Shown here piece by piece: positions 12,476 to 24,710 of a stretch of 64,000 bases of DNA. Every line of letters starts with the position of its first letter. Position 1 is the stretch's first letter. The stretch is taken from positions 5,550,693 through 5,614,692 of the forward strand of contig NC_068984.1 of assembly GCF_001194135.2 (NCBI RefSeq), read 5' to 3'. The position numbers and the translations under genes are program-made. The notes under the pieces are model-generated. The model saw only the letters and a list, made by a program, of their open reading frames with translations, was not told the DNA's origin and ran no database searches. The stretch comes from Octopus bimaculoides. Taxonomy: Eukaryota.

Positions 12476-13389
12476 CTCTTAACCATTCAGATGATAATGA
12501 CAAATATGCTTATTGTTTATGAAAAGTAGATTTTCCGATGTTCTCAGTCGCAGAAATTTCGAAACTGTTTGATTTGGATTTTGAGTAAGTCTCGGTATAA
12601 TTATTTACAGTGTGTGTGTGTGTATGTATGTGTGTATGTGTGTATGTGTGTAAGTATGTATGTGTGTATGAATGCATGNNNNNNNNNNNNNNNNNNNNNN
12701 NNNNNNNNNNNNNNNNNNNNNNNNNNNNNNNNNNNNNNNNNNNNNNNNNNNNNNNNNNNNNNNNNNNNNNNNNNNNNNNNNNNNNNNNNNNNNNNNNNNN
12801 NNNNNNNNNNNNNNNNNNNNNNNNNNNNNNNNNNNNNNNNNNNNNNNNNNNNNNNNNNNNNNNNNNNNNNNNNNNNNNNNNNNNNNNNNNNNNNNNNNNN
12901 NNNNNNNNNNNNNNNNNNNNNNNNNNNNNNNNNNNNNNNNNNNNNNNNNNNNNNNNNNNNNNNNNNNNNNNNNNNNNNNNNNNNNNNNNNNNNNNNNNNN
13001 NNNNNNNNNNNNNNNNNNNNNNNNNNNNNNNNNNNNNNNNNNNNNNNNNNNNNNNNNNNNNNNNNNNNNNNNNNNNNNNNNNNNNNNNNNNNNNNNNNNN
13101 NNNNNNNNNNNNNNNNNNNNNNNNNNNNNNNNNNNNNNNNNNNNNNNNNNNNNNNNNNNNNNNNNNNNCTGGAACGCGACTGACGAAAAAAAATTCCGAA
13201 TGACCCATCCACGTTTTTTCTTGCCCCTTTTTGCATCATCTAACTCTCTGGATGTCTTGTTGTCACCTGTTGTGTTCTTGTCCCATTTTTTATATTTATA
13301 TATATATATATATATATATACCGCTGGTTATAATGCTCTTTCCATCATTTTAGCTTTCGAATAATGCCACCCCGCTGTCTAGGCCAGCA

Positions 13390-13583
13390 TGCCAACATTC
13401 CCCCGAATCGGAAGGCTGGTCCGTCGCAGGGTCACACATTTACAGTTCAGTGTAAATATATACATATAAATATGAAGTGAAGTGTTTGACCCAAGAGCGC
13501 AACACGCACCTCGGGTCGGGAATTGAACACACGATGTAGTCATTCTAAGTGCAACACACTGACCACAAGGGCACGCGCCTCCA
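13390..13583 (-). mobile_element. SINE family 3
   Basis: Minus strand GTGGAGGCGCGTG..GTTCAATTCCCGACCCGAGG..CTCTTGGGTCAAACACTTCACTTC. Confidence 0.7.
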
Positions 13584-14253
13584 CACACACGCACATGTAT
13601 GTATGTATATATATGTATATATATATATTTGTCGCTGTACGTGTATTTTACTGAGAAAGAAGCAGTTTTGAAACAGAACTCATAAAATCCATAGTATATA
13701 CCGATATCCATAAACATACTTACGTCATAACATAAAAACACGCAGAAATACTCAAATATAAGTTAAGCTAAAATATAAATCAATTCGTTGCTTTGTTATA
13801 TGTTGGTTTCATATTGGATACAAGAAGCATATCCTACGTCATTATCTCAAACACTGCAATATTATGCGCAATTCACGTATTATTGAAGCATAAACACACG
13901 CACACAAAATTAATTTAGAAGTGAAATATACTGCGTGTCTTATATATAAGGTATATTGTAAATTGGTTTTACGTTTACAATATCAACGCAATGCAAAAGA
14001 TGACGTATATACTATGGAAGCATATAAGTGCAGACTGTGGTAGGTCCAACTTACGAAATGACTTTTATAATATTTGCTGTATGACGTTAAATATACAGTT
14101 TCGGCAGAGTTGGTAGCGCAGAAGTACTTAGAATATTACCAACATGTCACGGAAAATCATACACCATTACGCTGTATACTTTCATTAGGTTAAGTGAGTT
14201 TATACAGACTCGGTCAGGGCCAATACAGGCAGAAACCTATCAAAGTGTTTATG

Positions 14254-14296
<43 letters not shown>

Positions 14297-14738
14297 NNNN
14301 NNNNNNNNNNNNNNNNNNNNNNNNNNNNNNNNNNNNNNNNNNNNNNNNNNNNNNNNNNNNNNNNNNNNNNNNNNNNNNNNNNNNNNNNNNNNNNNNNNNN
14401 NNNNNNNNNNNNNNNNNNNNNNNNNNNNNNNNNNNNNNNNNNNNNNNNNNNNNNNNNNNNNNNNNNNNNNNNNNNNNNNNNNNNNNNNNNNNNNNNNNNN
14501 NNNNNNNNNNNNNNNNNNNNNNNNNNNNNNNNNNNNNNNNNNNNNNNNNNNNNNNNNNNNNNNNNNNNNNNNNNNNNNNNNNNNNNNNNNNNNNNNNNNN
14601 NNNNNNNNNNNNNNNNNNNNNNNNNNNNNNNNNNNNNNNNNNNNNNNNNNNNNNNNNNNNNNNNNNNNNNNNNNNNNNNNNNNNNNNNNNNNNNNNNNNN
14701 NNNNNNNNNNNNNNNNNNNNNNNNNNNNNNNNNNNNNN

Positions 14739-14788
<50 letters not shown>

Positions 14789-14799
14789 CACACATGTAT

Positions 14800-15338
14800 A
14801 TATTAATAGTTATCGCCAAGCTAACATGACATTCTTGGAAAATAGGAAGAATGCTGCTGTTGATTAGCTACAAGAAGCCATTGCCTCTAGCTAGCTATAT
14901 AACACATAAACCTGTGTCCATTACAACCTTCGAACTGGAGAGATCAGCAGCTTCCCCTTGCTGGTTCAACATCCACAGACTAGTTTCGAGGTATTTTCCC
15001 CTTTTCAATGTGGAGTAGCCGAACCCAGCAGGCGTCGCTGCTGACCGTCTGTTCGAATGTTTATTTACCTATATTCAGTGGAATACATCCACTTGTTTTC
15101 AATAATAGAAATATTAATATTTCTAAATCACTCTAATGGAGACTACGGCAGCAGTACTGGATATTAATAGTTATCGCGAATCTAACATGGCAGTCCAGGA
15201 AAATTGGATGAATTCTGCCGTTGATTAGCCCCAAGAGGACATCGACTTTCTCTAGCTATGTGACACACATACTGGTGTCCATTACAACCATCGAGATTTA
15301 GAAATATTAATATTTCTATTTTTGAAAACAAGTGGACG
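14800..15338. repeat. 134-bp diverged direct repeat plus 44-bp inverted repeat
   Basis: Direct copies at 14800-14933 and 15161-15294. Inverted arms at 15086-15129 and 15295-15338 (2 mismatches), each holding the palindrome TAGAAATATTAATATTTCTA. Confidence 0.85.
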
Positions 15339-15752
15339 TGTTTCTCGTATCTAAAAGAATTGAGAAGAGCGACGTGTCGTAGTTTAAATAAATGGTTGAT
15401 CCTATATTTATAGCTGGAGAATTGTGTAATGTGTTGAGGACGATGCATTTATAAATTACATTAGATCTTCTACAATGGGTTTGTCAAGGGCAGATGGTCC
15501 CAGGACGGCAGTGGACTTATTTTGGGGATTATTTTCAGGAATGGAGGAGATAATACTGTCAGAGGAGAGGTTAGAGATGGGGAGGGGGTAGGAAGGTCTA
15601 AGTTGTTATTACTATTATTATTACTATCGTTGTTATTAATTATTCTATCATTAACTGTGGTGGAAGTTGTGGTAGTATTCTGGTAGTGCTAGTAGGATAG
15701 GTTGCATTATGGCTGTGGTCTAACGTATGGGGTTCAATGCTGGATCTGAGTG

Positions 15753-15988
15753 TTATTTCTTTACTACCCACAAGGGGCTACACACAGAGGGGACAAACAA
15801 GGACAGACAAACACGGATTAAGTCGATTATATCGACCCCAGTGCGTAACCGGTACTTATTTAATCGACCCCGAAAGGATGAAAGGCAAAGTCGACCTCGG
15901 CGGAATTTGAACTTAGAACGTAGCAGCAGACGAAATACGGCTAAGCATTTCGCCCGGTGTGCTAACGATTCTGCCAGCTGGCCGCCTT
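15753..15988 (-). mobile_element. SINE family 1, full length, low divergence
   Basis: Complete match to the other full-length copies. Confidence 0.92.
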
Positions 15989-16307
15989 AGCTGGAGCTGT
16001 GTTTGCCTCGGACGCTTGTACATTCTGAGTTGTTAGAGTGTGAGTTTTGATAGTAGAGAGAAAGCTTTTGTTTATTAGAGGCTGCTATGATAACCACGGT
16101 GTTGGGTGGGGTGGAATAGGATAGATTCAGGGTAGAATTATTAAAGATAGAGTAATACGTGCGTGTGTGTGTGCGTGGATGATTCCCGACGACACGGTTC
16201 CGGGTTCCGCACAGAAGCACACAGATATGTTGGAAATAGAAAAAAATGAAACAAAATTATCATAGATTACGAAGATGAATTTAACAAGGATATCTATATA
16301 TATATAT

Positions 16308-16474
16308 TCAAATTTTTTTCTCCGTGTTTTTCTCCTTGTCTCCGTATTCTTTCTGTTGAAGAGCGTAGCTCGAAACGTCAAAGACTTTCCGTATTCCCGA
16401 GCGTCATACTAATATATACTTTTGTTATTTACACCACCTGTCCTCGTCTGTTGTTATTATTTGTATATTCTCCC
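16308..16474 (+). mobile_element. About 170-nt HHR-bearing element inserted in (AT)n
   Basis: Flanked by (AT)n on both sides; contains a minimal HHR; the sequence after its core resembles 29700-29760. Confidence 0.6.
16348..16384 (+). ncRNA. Minimal type I hammerhead motif with A6U core variant
   Basis: TCTTT-CTGTTGA-A-GAGC-gta-GCTC-GAAAC-GTC-AAAGA. Stem I TCTTT/AAAGA, stem II GAGC/GCTC, loop-less self-complementary stem III (ACGT). Confidence 0.65.
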
Positions 16475-16493
16475 ATATATATATGTATGTATG

Positions 16494-16555
<62 letters not shown>

Positions 16556-16783
16556 AACTCGAAAGTTTCTTACCAAAGTCTATCTGCATAAATCAAAACC
16601 AGCCATGGATTACTGAGAGGAACTTACCAAGGATATAAATAGAAACTTCAAAATTTATTACCGAAGTCGACCTGCATAAATCTAAGCCAGTAAATTTAAA
16701 ACTATTTTCAAAAATACTTTCTCATATATTTTTCTAATTTTAAAACAACATTCGATATATTATATAAAAAACTTTATCTCCTC

Positions 16784-16875
16784 TATCTCTGACGAGTGGA
16801 AGTATTGTCTATCAATGTGTATCAACAATGTATTCCATTATAATGACAATACTTTCCTGAAACGATCGTAAGATG
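16784..16875 (+). ncRNA. Type I hammerhead ribozyme, core intact
   Basis: TATCT-CTGACGA-GT-GGAAGTATTGTC-(33 nt)-GACAATACTTTCC-T-GAAAC-GATC-GTA-AGATG. Cleavage triplet GUA, predicted cut after 16870. Confidence 0.8.
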
Positions 16876-17242
16876 CATTAATTAACAAATTTTTAAGCTG
16901 TCATGTTTCATATATTTATATATATTTTTAATAGAATACTATTTTAGACATATATATTTTCGTGAGAAATTTTTTTGATATTCAATTTCATGCTATTATT
17001 TCAAAATACAGTATATATAATCGCTCGTATTAATGTCTAAATACTTTAAAGTATTAATATTTTTGATATTTTATACAGAGAGCACTCATCATAAATTCAG
17101 TGTATGATATTCTAAAAGAATATATTTAATTAATAATACATATATATAAAACTGAAATATCAAATCATAGAAATACTATACAATGGAAGTTAACTGCAAT
17201 CATATAAAGTTATTTTGTGATTAGATACATACATCCTTTCGA

Positions 17243-17298
17243 CAAGTAAAATTGGAGCAAGTAAAATTGGAGCAAGTAAAATTGGAGCAGGTAAAATT
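17243..17298. repeat. 15-bp tandem repeat x3.7
   Basis: CAAGTAAAATTGGAG x3 plus CAGGTAAAATT. Confidence 0.92.
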
Positions 17299-17571
17299 CA
17301 AGCTACATAGGTTTCGTAGCCACCATATCCTCTGACGTAATAATTACTCAACGAGGAGTACTCAGCTGGCTACTTTTCAGGTCGAAGATACCTTAAATCT
17401 ATGAAGGTTGCAAAAATCTTTTAAGCTTCACGAACTTCGATATCGGAAAAGCCTACAACCTTCGATACCAATAGATTATTAGTGTACCTGAAAGCTGTTC
17501 TTTATACTTACCAGGGTGAGCTCGAAGCTTATAAACTTCCTACACTTATATCTTTGGATGTTATGAATATA

Positions 17572-18525
17572 TAAGGACATGCGTAAGCTCGCAAGGAATG
17601 AAGCCAGTATGCTCCGATGGTTGTGTAATGTTAGTGTGTATACTTGACAGAGTGTAAGCACCTTGAGAGAAAAGTTGGACCTAAGAAGCATCAGTTTTGG
17701 TGTGCAAGAGAGACGATGCGCTGGTATTGTCATGTGGCAAGAATGGATGAGGATAGCTGTGTGAAAAAGTTTCACGCCCTAGCGGTTAATGGAACCTGTG
17801 GAAGAGGTAGACCCAGGAAGACCTGGGATGAGGTGGTGAAGCACGACCTTCGAACATTAGGCCTCACCGAAGCAATGACTAGTGACCGAAACCTTTGGAG
17901 ATATGCTATGCGTGAGAAGACCTGGCAAGACAAGTGAGACCATACCCGTGGCCTTTACCAGTGGTGTAGCCAGCCCACTTACGCGTACCTTTCCTTCATT
18001 GGACATAAAACTCTGCTTGCGAAGATCTGTTGGGGCAAGTGAAAGTGAAATTGAACCAAATTCGATGACTGGCACCCGTGCCACTGGAGTGCTAACAGCA
18101 CCATCCGAGCGGGGTCACAGCAAGAGCAGTTTTCTAGCTTCCGTGCCGATGGCACGTAAAAAGCTCCATTTGAGCCTGATCATTACAAGCGTCGCCTTAC
18201 TGGCACTTGTGCCGGTGACACGTGAACAAAACATTCGAGCGAGGTCGTTGCCAGTGCCGCTGGACTGATTCCTGTACTGGTGGCACGTAAAAAACACCAT
18301 TTGAGCGTGGCCGTTGCCAGTACCGCCAGATTGGCCTTCATGCCGGTGGCACGTAAAAGCACTCACTACACTCTCGGAGTGGTTGGCGTTAGGAAGGGCT
18401 TTCAGCTGTAGAAGCTCTGCCAAATCAGATTGGAGCCTGGTGCAGTCATCTGCTGCGCCAGTCTTCAGTCAAAACGTCCAACCCATACTAGCATGGAAAG
18501 CGGACGTTAAATGATGATGATTATG
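17572..18525 (+). mobile_element. RTE-clade LINE, 5'-truncated 3' end
   Basis: RKLARNEASMLRW..RWYCHVARMDEDSCVKK..GRGRPRKTWDEVVKHDLRTLGLTEAMTSDRNLWRYA, then a long 3' UTR and a (TGA)n tail. Confidence 0.9.
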
Positions 18526-18625
18526 NNNNNNNNNNNNNNNNNNNNNNNNNNNNNNNNNNNNNNNNNNNNNNNNNNNNNNNNNNNNNNNNNNNNNNNNNNN
18601 NNNNNNNNNNNNNNNNNNNNNNNNN

Positions 18626-18776
18626 ATGTATGTATGTATGTATGTATGTATGTATGTATGTATGGATGTGTATAAATATATGCGCTTGTAGTTGTGTGCA
18701 TATATATGTGTATATATATGTGTGCGTATATATATATATGCGTTTGAGTATATGCAAATACATATACATATGCATG

Positions 18777-18808
<32 letters not shown>

Positions 18809-18849
18809 CATATGCATGTGTATATATATGTATATATATATATATATAC

Positions 18850-18925
<76 letters not shown>

Positions 18926-19080
18926 TTATATGTGTATTTGTATATATATACATATATATACATGGATACTCACACACACACACACACACACACATATATT
19001 TATACACACGCATATATATGTATATACATGTGTAGGTATGTGTATGTATGTAAGTATACGCGTATGTGAGCATGCGTGTG
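18626..19080. repeat. Compound microsatellite (ATGT)n/(AT)n/(CA)n
   Basis: Direct reading; the overlapping ORFs are low-complexity artefacts. Confidence 0.95.
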
Positions 19081-19687
19081 TATTCGAGAGTCCTGATGGA
19101 AACTGTAATACACGAAACATACCTCTGCAGTGTTCTCGTTATAAGGTTCAGAACACAGAACATATGTAACAATTGCTCGTTATTTTTCTCTGTTTTCTTA
19201 AATTCCATCTTCTATTATTTTTCTATCTAAATTTAGCTAACTAAGCATTGCGTTGTTAATGTTCGCAAGCATCATTATTTTCAGCATTAACTTCTCAAAT
19301 ACTTTGATGCTATGTTCAAAGACACCTTCTCCCATCTATTCTGCAATATTTCTTTCGCATTTAACCAATATGACATCAAATCATAGGACTTTGTTTCCTA
19401 TCAACCGTGTTAAAATTCTCCGGCATCTTTTCACGCAACGCTCACAATTTCATGTCGTTACTTACATGTATTTTTTTCTCCCCTGATATTTATGTTATTT
19501 TCTGTTTATTCCTCCCAACTCGTAAAGTGCTGCCTCTTTACTATCATCGCGTTTTTTCTCGTTCACTCTTCTTGCTCATTCTTTCACTTTCTCTCAAGAT
19601 CTTGCAACGTTGCTTTCCAACACAAGCGCAGCACGACGCCACGTTTACTACTACTACTACTACTACTATTATAATTATAATTATTGA

Positions 19688-19890
19688 GGCAGCAAGCTGG
19701 CAGAATCGTTAGCTGGAAGAAATACTTAACAGTATTTCGCCCCTCGCTACCTTCTGAGTTCAAATTCCACCGAGGTTGACTTTACCTTTCAACGTTTAGG
19801 GGTCGATAAAATAAGTACCACTTGAACACTGGGGACGATGTAATAGACTCACCCTCTCCACCTAAGTTACTGCCTTTGAAATCATCATCA
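19688..19890 (+). mobile_element. SINE family 1
   Basis: Head GCTGGCAGAATCGTTAGC, B-box GAGTTCAAATTCC, tail running into (ATC)n(ATT)n. Confidence 0.88.
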
Positions 19891-19919
19891 TCATCACTAT
19901 TATTATTATTATTATTATT

Positions 19920-20741
19920 GTTCAGTAGTTTTATTTTTATAACGTGCTTTCACTTCACTACCGAGCGCAGCTCTGTGCGCCTCGGGAATGTGCTGTGGTT
20001 TGCTGTGGTGCTCTTATGTTTACTGTATTGAAAGTGTTTTGCGTAGAATGTGTGCAGTACCCAGTATGCAATTTTCTGTATGTTATATATATTTGTAAGT
20101 CCTGGTGTTTTTGTTATGTATTTGTCTGAATATTTTTTATTATACCTAAGGCATCTACTATGATAGGAATTGTTTCTGTTTTTAGATTCCACATTCGAGT
20201 TACCTCTATTTCCAGGTCTTTGTATTTTGAAAGTTTTTCCATTTCTTTTAGAGAAACGTTGTCATCTGCTGGTATTNNNNNNNNNNNNNNNNNNNNNNNN
20301 NNNNNNNNNNNNNNNNNNNNNNNNNNNNNNNNNNNNNNNNNNNNNNNNNNNNNNNNNNNNNNNNNNNNNNNNNNNNNNNNNNNNNNNNNNNNNNNNNNNN
20401 NNNNNNNNNNNNNNNNNNNNNNNNNNNNNNNNNNNNNNNNNNNNNNNNNNNNNNNNNNNNNNNNNNNNNNNNNNNNNNNNNNNNNNNNNNNNNNNNNNNN
20501 NNNNNNNNNNNNNNNNNNNNNNNNNNNNNNNNNNNNNNNNNTCTGTTGTTATTCCATAGTGTTGGCATAGCTTCCAGTGTATATAGGTACCAGCTCTGTC
20601 GTGTCTGTGAATATATTCCTTCTTAGCCAGGACTGGGCAACCAGAGATAATATGATTTATTGTTTTTTGTCCATCTCCACATATTCTACAGTTACTAGTT
20701 ATATTTCTTTTCATTATGTGTTTTTGGTAATTTCTGGTGGG

Positions 20742-20745
<4 letters not shown>
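19920..20745 (-). mobile_element. RLE-type (R4/Dong-like) LINE, CCHC knuckle plus RLE, 5'-truncated
   Basis: CRICGDGQKTINHIISGCPVLAKKEYIHRHD..IHWKLCQHYG / IPADDNVSLKEMEKLSKYKDLEIEVTRMWNLKTETIPIIVDALG. (AAT)n on both flanks; the gap at 20277-20541 is internal. Confidence 0.9.
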
Positions 20746-20790
<45 letters not shown>

Positions 20791-21003
20791 GGCAGTGAGC
20801 TGGCAGAATAGTTAGCTGGACGAAATGCTTATTGAGATTTCGCCCCTTGCTACGTTCTGAGTTCAAATTCCACCGAGGTCGACTCTGCCTTTCATCATTT
20901 CGGGCTCGATAGAATAAGTACCAGTTGAGTACTGGGATCTATGTAATCGAACTGACTCTTCCGCAGAAATTTCAGTCCTTGTGTCTATAATAGTAAGGAT
21001 TAT
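20791..21003 (+). mobile_element. SINE family 1
   Basis: Full copy between two (TAT)n tracts. Confidence 0.9.
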
Positions 21004-21009
21004 TATTAT

Positions 21010-22095
21010 TATTGCTTTTGCACACCTTCTAACGCTGGAAATGTACTACAGTGTCAGCTGTTCACTGCTAGTGAGCTAAGGTAACACCTCTTATTTTTCG
21101 AGCACCTTCCGGAGTATTCGAGCAGTTCCAAGCAGTGCTGCTTTCTGCAAGTGCTCCACCCTTATTGCAGCCCCTATTTGTTCCACGTATTTCTCGAGAT
21201 TTTTGCTCACTGTTCTCAGGGCTCCGACAATTATTGATACTACTGCTACCTTTTTCATCGACCACAACTGCTTAACTTTCCAAGCTAACCTGTCATATCT
21301 CTCGACTTTTCTTTCTTCCTTATCGCATACCTTATTGTCAGCTGGGCATGCTATATCTATGATCCAGCATCGTTTGCTTTCTTTCTCANNNNNNNNNNNN
21401 NNNNNNNNNNNNNNNNNNNNNNNNNNNNNNNNNNNNNNNNNNNNNNNNNNNNNNNNNNNNNNNNNNNNNNNNNNNNNNNNNNNNNNNNNNNNNNNNNNNN
21501 NNNNNNNNNNNNNNNNNNNNNNNNNNNNNNNNNNNNNNNNNNNCATACGGTCTCACCGTTTTGTCCACAGATTCTGCATTTATCACTTTCTGCTGTGTTG
21601 TCTATTCTGTATTTTATGTAGATTGTTCTTAGTGCTTGGTCTTGGGCAGCACAGATTAGAGCCTCCGTTTCCGGTTTTAAATGCCTTTTAGTCATCCACA
21701 GCCATCTTTTCTCTCTGTCTGTCTTATCTTCACCATCCTTATGAAATTGACCATGCATTCTTGTGTTTACCCACCTATTTTCAGTTTCATTCGTTTTCAA
21801 TTTCTTGCATAGAGCTTTATCTTTGCAATCTTTCATCCTACACAAGCCTGACCTTCTTTCTTCTAATAATAGCGGTTCTGTGGCACTTTTTACATACCAT
21901 GCTATGTTGTTTTCTTCTGCTCTAACGGTGTATTCGCATCCAATAAGTCCTCTTTCCCCTCTTTTTCTTGGTACATACAGTCCGTCTGTTTCAGTTTTTG
22001 GGTGGAGTTAGCAACATCCTTGTCTTTCTGTCTAAGCTGTCTAAGCTCGTTAGCTACTTCCTGAATTTTTAGTCGAATGAATTGTTCCCCGGACA
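21010..22095 (-). mobile_element. RLE-type LINE, RT C-terminus through 3' UTR
   Basis: LDRKTRMLLT..; MHGQF..WLWM..LKPETEALICAAQDQALRT..CRICGQNGETV; CWIIDIACPADNKVCDKEERKVERY..VSIIVGAL..LQKAALLGTARILRKVLEK*. Confidence 0.92.
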
Positions 22096-22107
22096 TATAT
22101 TTTCTTG

Positions 22108-22260
22108 TAAGCCTGGTCCTCATACTATCGGTCTCTTTTGACGAACCGTTAAGTTACGGCAACATAAACACACCAGCACCGGTTGTTAAGCAGTGGTGAT
22201 GGTGGTGGTGGTGAGACACGCACACACACACACACATGCACACACACATACACACGCAAA
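22108..22260 (-). mobile_element. SINE family 2 fragment (similar pieces at 23490-23560, 29830-29970, 31920-32010, 56440-56500 on minus; 60490-60545 on plus)
   Basis: GAACCG(C/T)TAAGTT motif shared with 2998-3335; the other listed pieces match the head or tail of that copy. Confidence 0.7.
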
Positions 22261-22883
22261 CACACATCAATTATTAGTGACAGAAGCAGTTGTAATATTT
22301 AAAAGTAATCTTTATATCTAACTAAACGTGGACGTCTTGTTAGAACACCAACTACTGCATTATTAGTTTTGAAAGATCAACTCGCATAGGTGCTTGGTGC
22401 TTAAAAGAACACACATAGATTATAGCAGACAAGTCATAGTAGTCTGTCCTGAGAGCCGTTGCTAATGATTAATTCTTCGTAGGCCTGATGACCATTTGTG
22501 ACATCAATATCTGAGAAGATGTTGATATTCTATACATTACAGCAGTGACATTTGTCTGGCATGAAACCACTGGATGCCTCCCACTCTCATGATTTCCAGT
22601 AAAATGAAGTCAGGTAATACGAAATTCCTGTGACCATCACAGATGAATCTCGTCTATTACGATCTATATTCGTGCTTCTATGCAGCAAGCGCCTATATGA
22701 GAGAACTTGTCAAGGCTAATGACCAGTCTTCGGTGTTCCAACAAAACATCGATGCTAAGTTGGATGTAAAGATTACCTTTATGATCTTATTTGCTCATCA
22801 ACTCCCCACACATTTTGTAACAGCTATATACTTTGTCTTTTGTTGTATGAATGTAGCTTTATCGAAAAGAATATTCTTAATAT

Positions 22884-22892
22884 AACAACAAC

Positions 22893-22940
<48 letters not shown>
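22884..22940. repeat. (AAT)n microsatellite
   Basis: Direct reading. Confidence 0.95.
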
Positions 22941-23559
22941 TTTGCCTTTCTTGTGTGAGTTTTTCTTCCCTCGATCATTAACGATGTTGGAAAGAAGAGA
23001 TTATTTTCAGGGATTATGAAACGATGCAAAGCAAGGTAAGGTATACAATGTTTGATAAAGAATGGAATTACAACTCAGCACCCAGCATTCAGCTATTGAA
23101 TTCGCTCCATGCTATGGATAGCAGCTCTTATTTTAACAAGCTTTGTTAATAATCTCATGATTATTATATTAAATAAACCCCATTATCGACCGATTCCGAA
23201 GCTGCAGAAGGATCTAATAATAACAAAAAACAGTATAGGTGTTTACGGAGCAGCAAAACTTTCTACATCTATGCACACATTTTTATTCCCATTCTTCTAT
23301 AAACTGCAAACCATTGTGTCCAATAAGCGATGTAGTACGGCGTTAAAGCCTCGTCGTTGAACTTGTTTCAGAATGAAATACAGATGAACGAAGAAAGTAG
23401 ATGAAGCTTCAGGAGGCCTTCAGGACTTTCATATAAAACAAGCTTTTAAACACATGCTAATGATTTTTATTCGTATCATATTTTACATTTCACTTGTTTC
23501 AGTCATTGGACTGCGTACATACTGGGGCACTGCTTTGAAAGTTAGTCGAATAAATCGAC

Positions 23560-23930
23560 ACCAGTACAACATCTGGCCACCTAACTCCCCAGACTGCAAC
23601 CCACTTCATGATTATGTGTGGGGTGCAGTTGAGGGAGAGACCCACAAAATTTCTTGTAACACCAAAACTGAACTGAACCATAAACCACGAAGATACGAAG
23701 CGAACTTCTTAAATACACAGCCTTACCTGCGCCTATATGGAGAGTTTAGAAGAAATAGTTTTAAGATGATGAGAAGGAAACCCTTGCCTTGTTCTAGGCC
23801 AGTTTTCGTTGGTGAAGCGAGATGCGAACGGTTCCTGGAGCAATGTATTTAATATTTGTCACTACAATGGCGAAAACATACAAATGAAAATAAATTTTTG
23901 TAATTCATTTGACAAAAGTGAAGAAAACTA
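23560..23930 (+). mobile_element. Tc1/mariner (maT/DD37D-like) transposase C-terminal relic
   Basis: NIWPPNSPDCNPLHDYVWGAVEGETHKISCNTKTEL matches the WPPxSPDxNPLDY motif. Confidence 0.75.
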
Positions 23931-24382
23931 CTTTATTATCTTCTCTCTGTTATTCCGACAAGCTGAGAGAGAGGAGAAGAAGAAGAAGAAGAAGAAGACG
24001 ACGACGACGACGACACAGATTTGGTTACAACGATCATATATTCATCGGAGGATAGTTATGGAATGAGTCAAAGAATGGTTACATAAACAATGAAACGATA
24101 TGCATGGTGAGATGAGATCGACCAATAGTTCTGCGCTATATGCGAGTACCGCGATGATATGAAGCACAAAATTGATTGAATTATCTCATTAAATTTTACA
24201 TCATTGAACAAATCCATTCATTTCCTCGAACTTTTATTCGAAATTAGACGTACCACTGCGCGTGGAGGAAGTTTGAGTGGAAAAGTCAATTATTATCTTT
24301 CTACTAGTCACACTTTTGAAAAAGACAATAAAAATAGGTAGTTGGCGTCCGAGACATTTTCGTACAACGATGTACACACCTC

Positions 24383-24421
<39 letters not shown>

Positions 24422-24426
<5 letters not shown>

Positions 24427-24710
24427 GATAGAATGAGATAACGAAGCCAAGGCTGTGAGTGGTTTTCAGGATATTTATAATGAAATAGTCTTACAGATGT
24501 TTTGGGGATATTATGGATATCCCTTCATCAGAGACGGTGTGAGAAAATATTTAAGTTCGAATTATCATGGAAAAGGAGAAGATAGAGAATATATAGGGAA
24601 ATAAGAGAATGAAAGTAGAATTAAGACCCATAAAGATATTTTAGTTGAGTCCCATTATTTCAGGAAAATGGTGTATAGAAGTGGAAAAAAAGTATCCTAG
24701 CATCTCATGT
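24422..24710 (-). mobile_element. About 290-nt HHR-bearing element, copy 1
   Basis: Homologous over its whole length to 43785-44060; no ORF; its 3' end abuts (CA)n. Confidence 0.75.
24488..24535 (-). ncRNA. Type I hammerhead motif (G12A mutated)
   Basis: GTCT-CTGATGA-A-GGGATAT-ccata-ATATCCC-C-AAAAC-ATCT-GTA-AGAC. Confidence 0.75.

Noticed and set aside
18068-18360. CRISPR-like repeat-spacer array
   Set aside because: Eukaryotic context, degenerate units, homologous spacers, location inside an RTE 3' UTR, and no cas genes.
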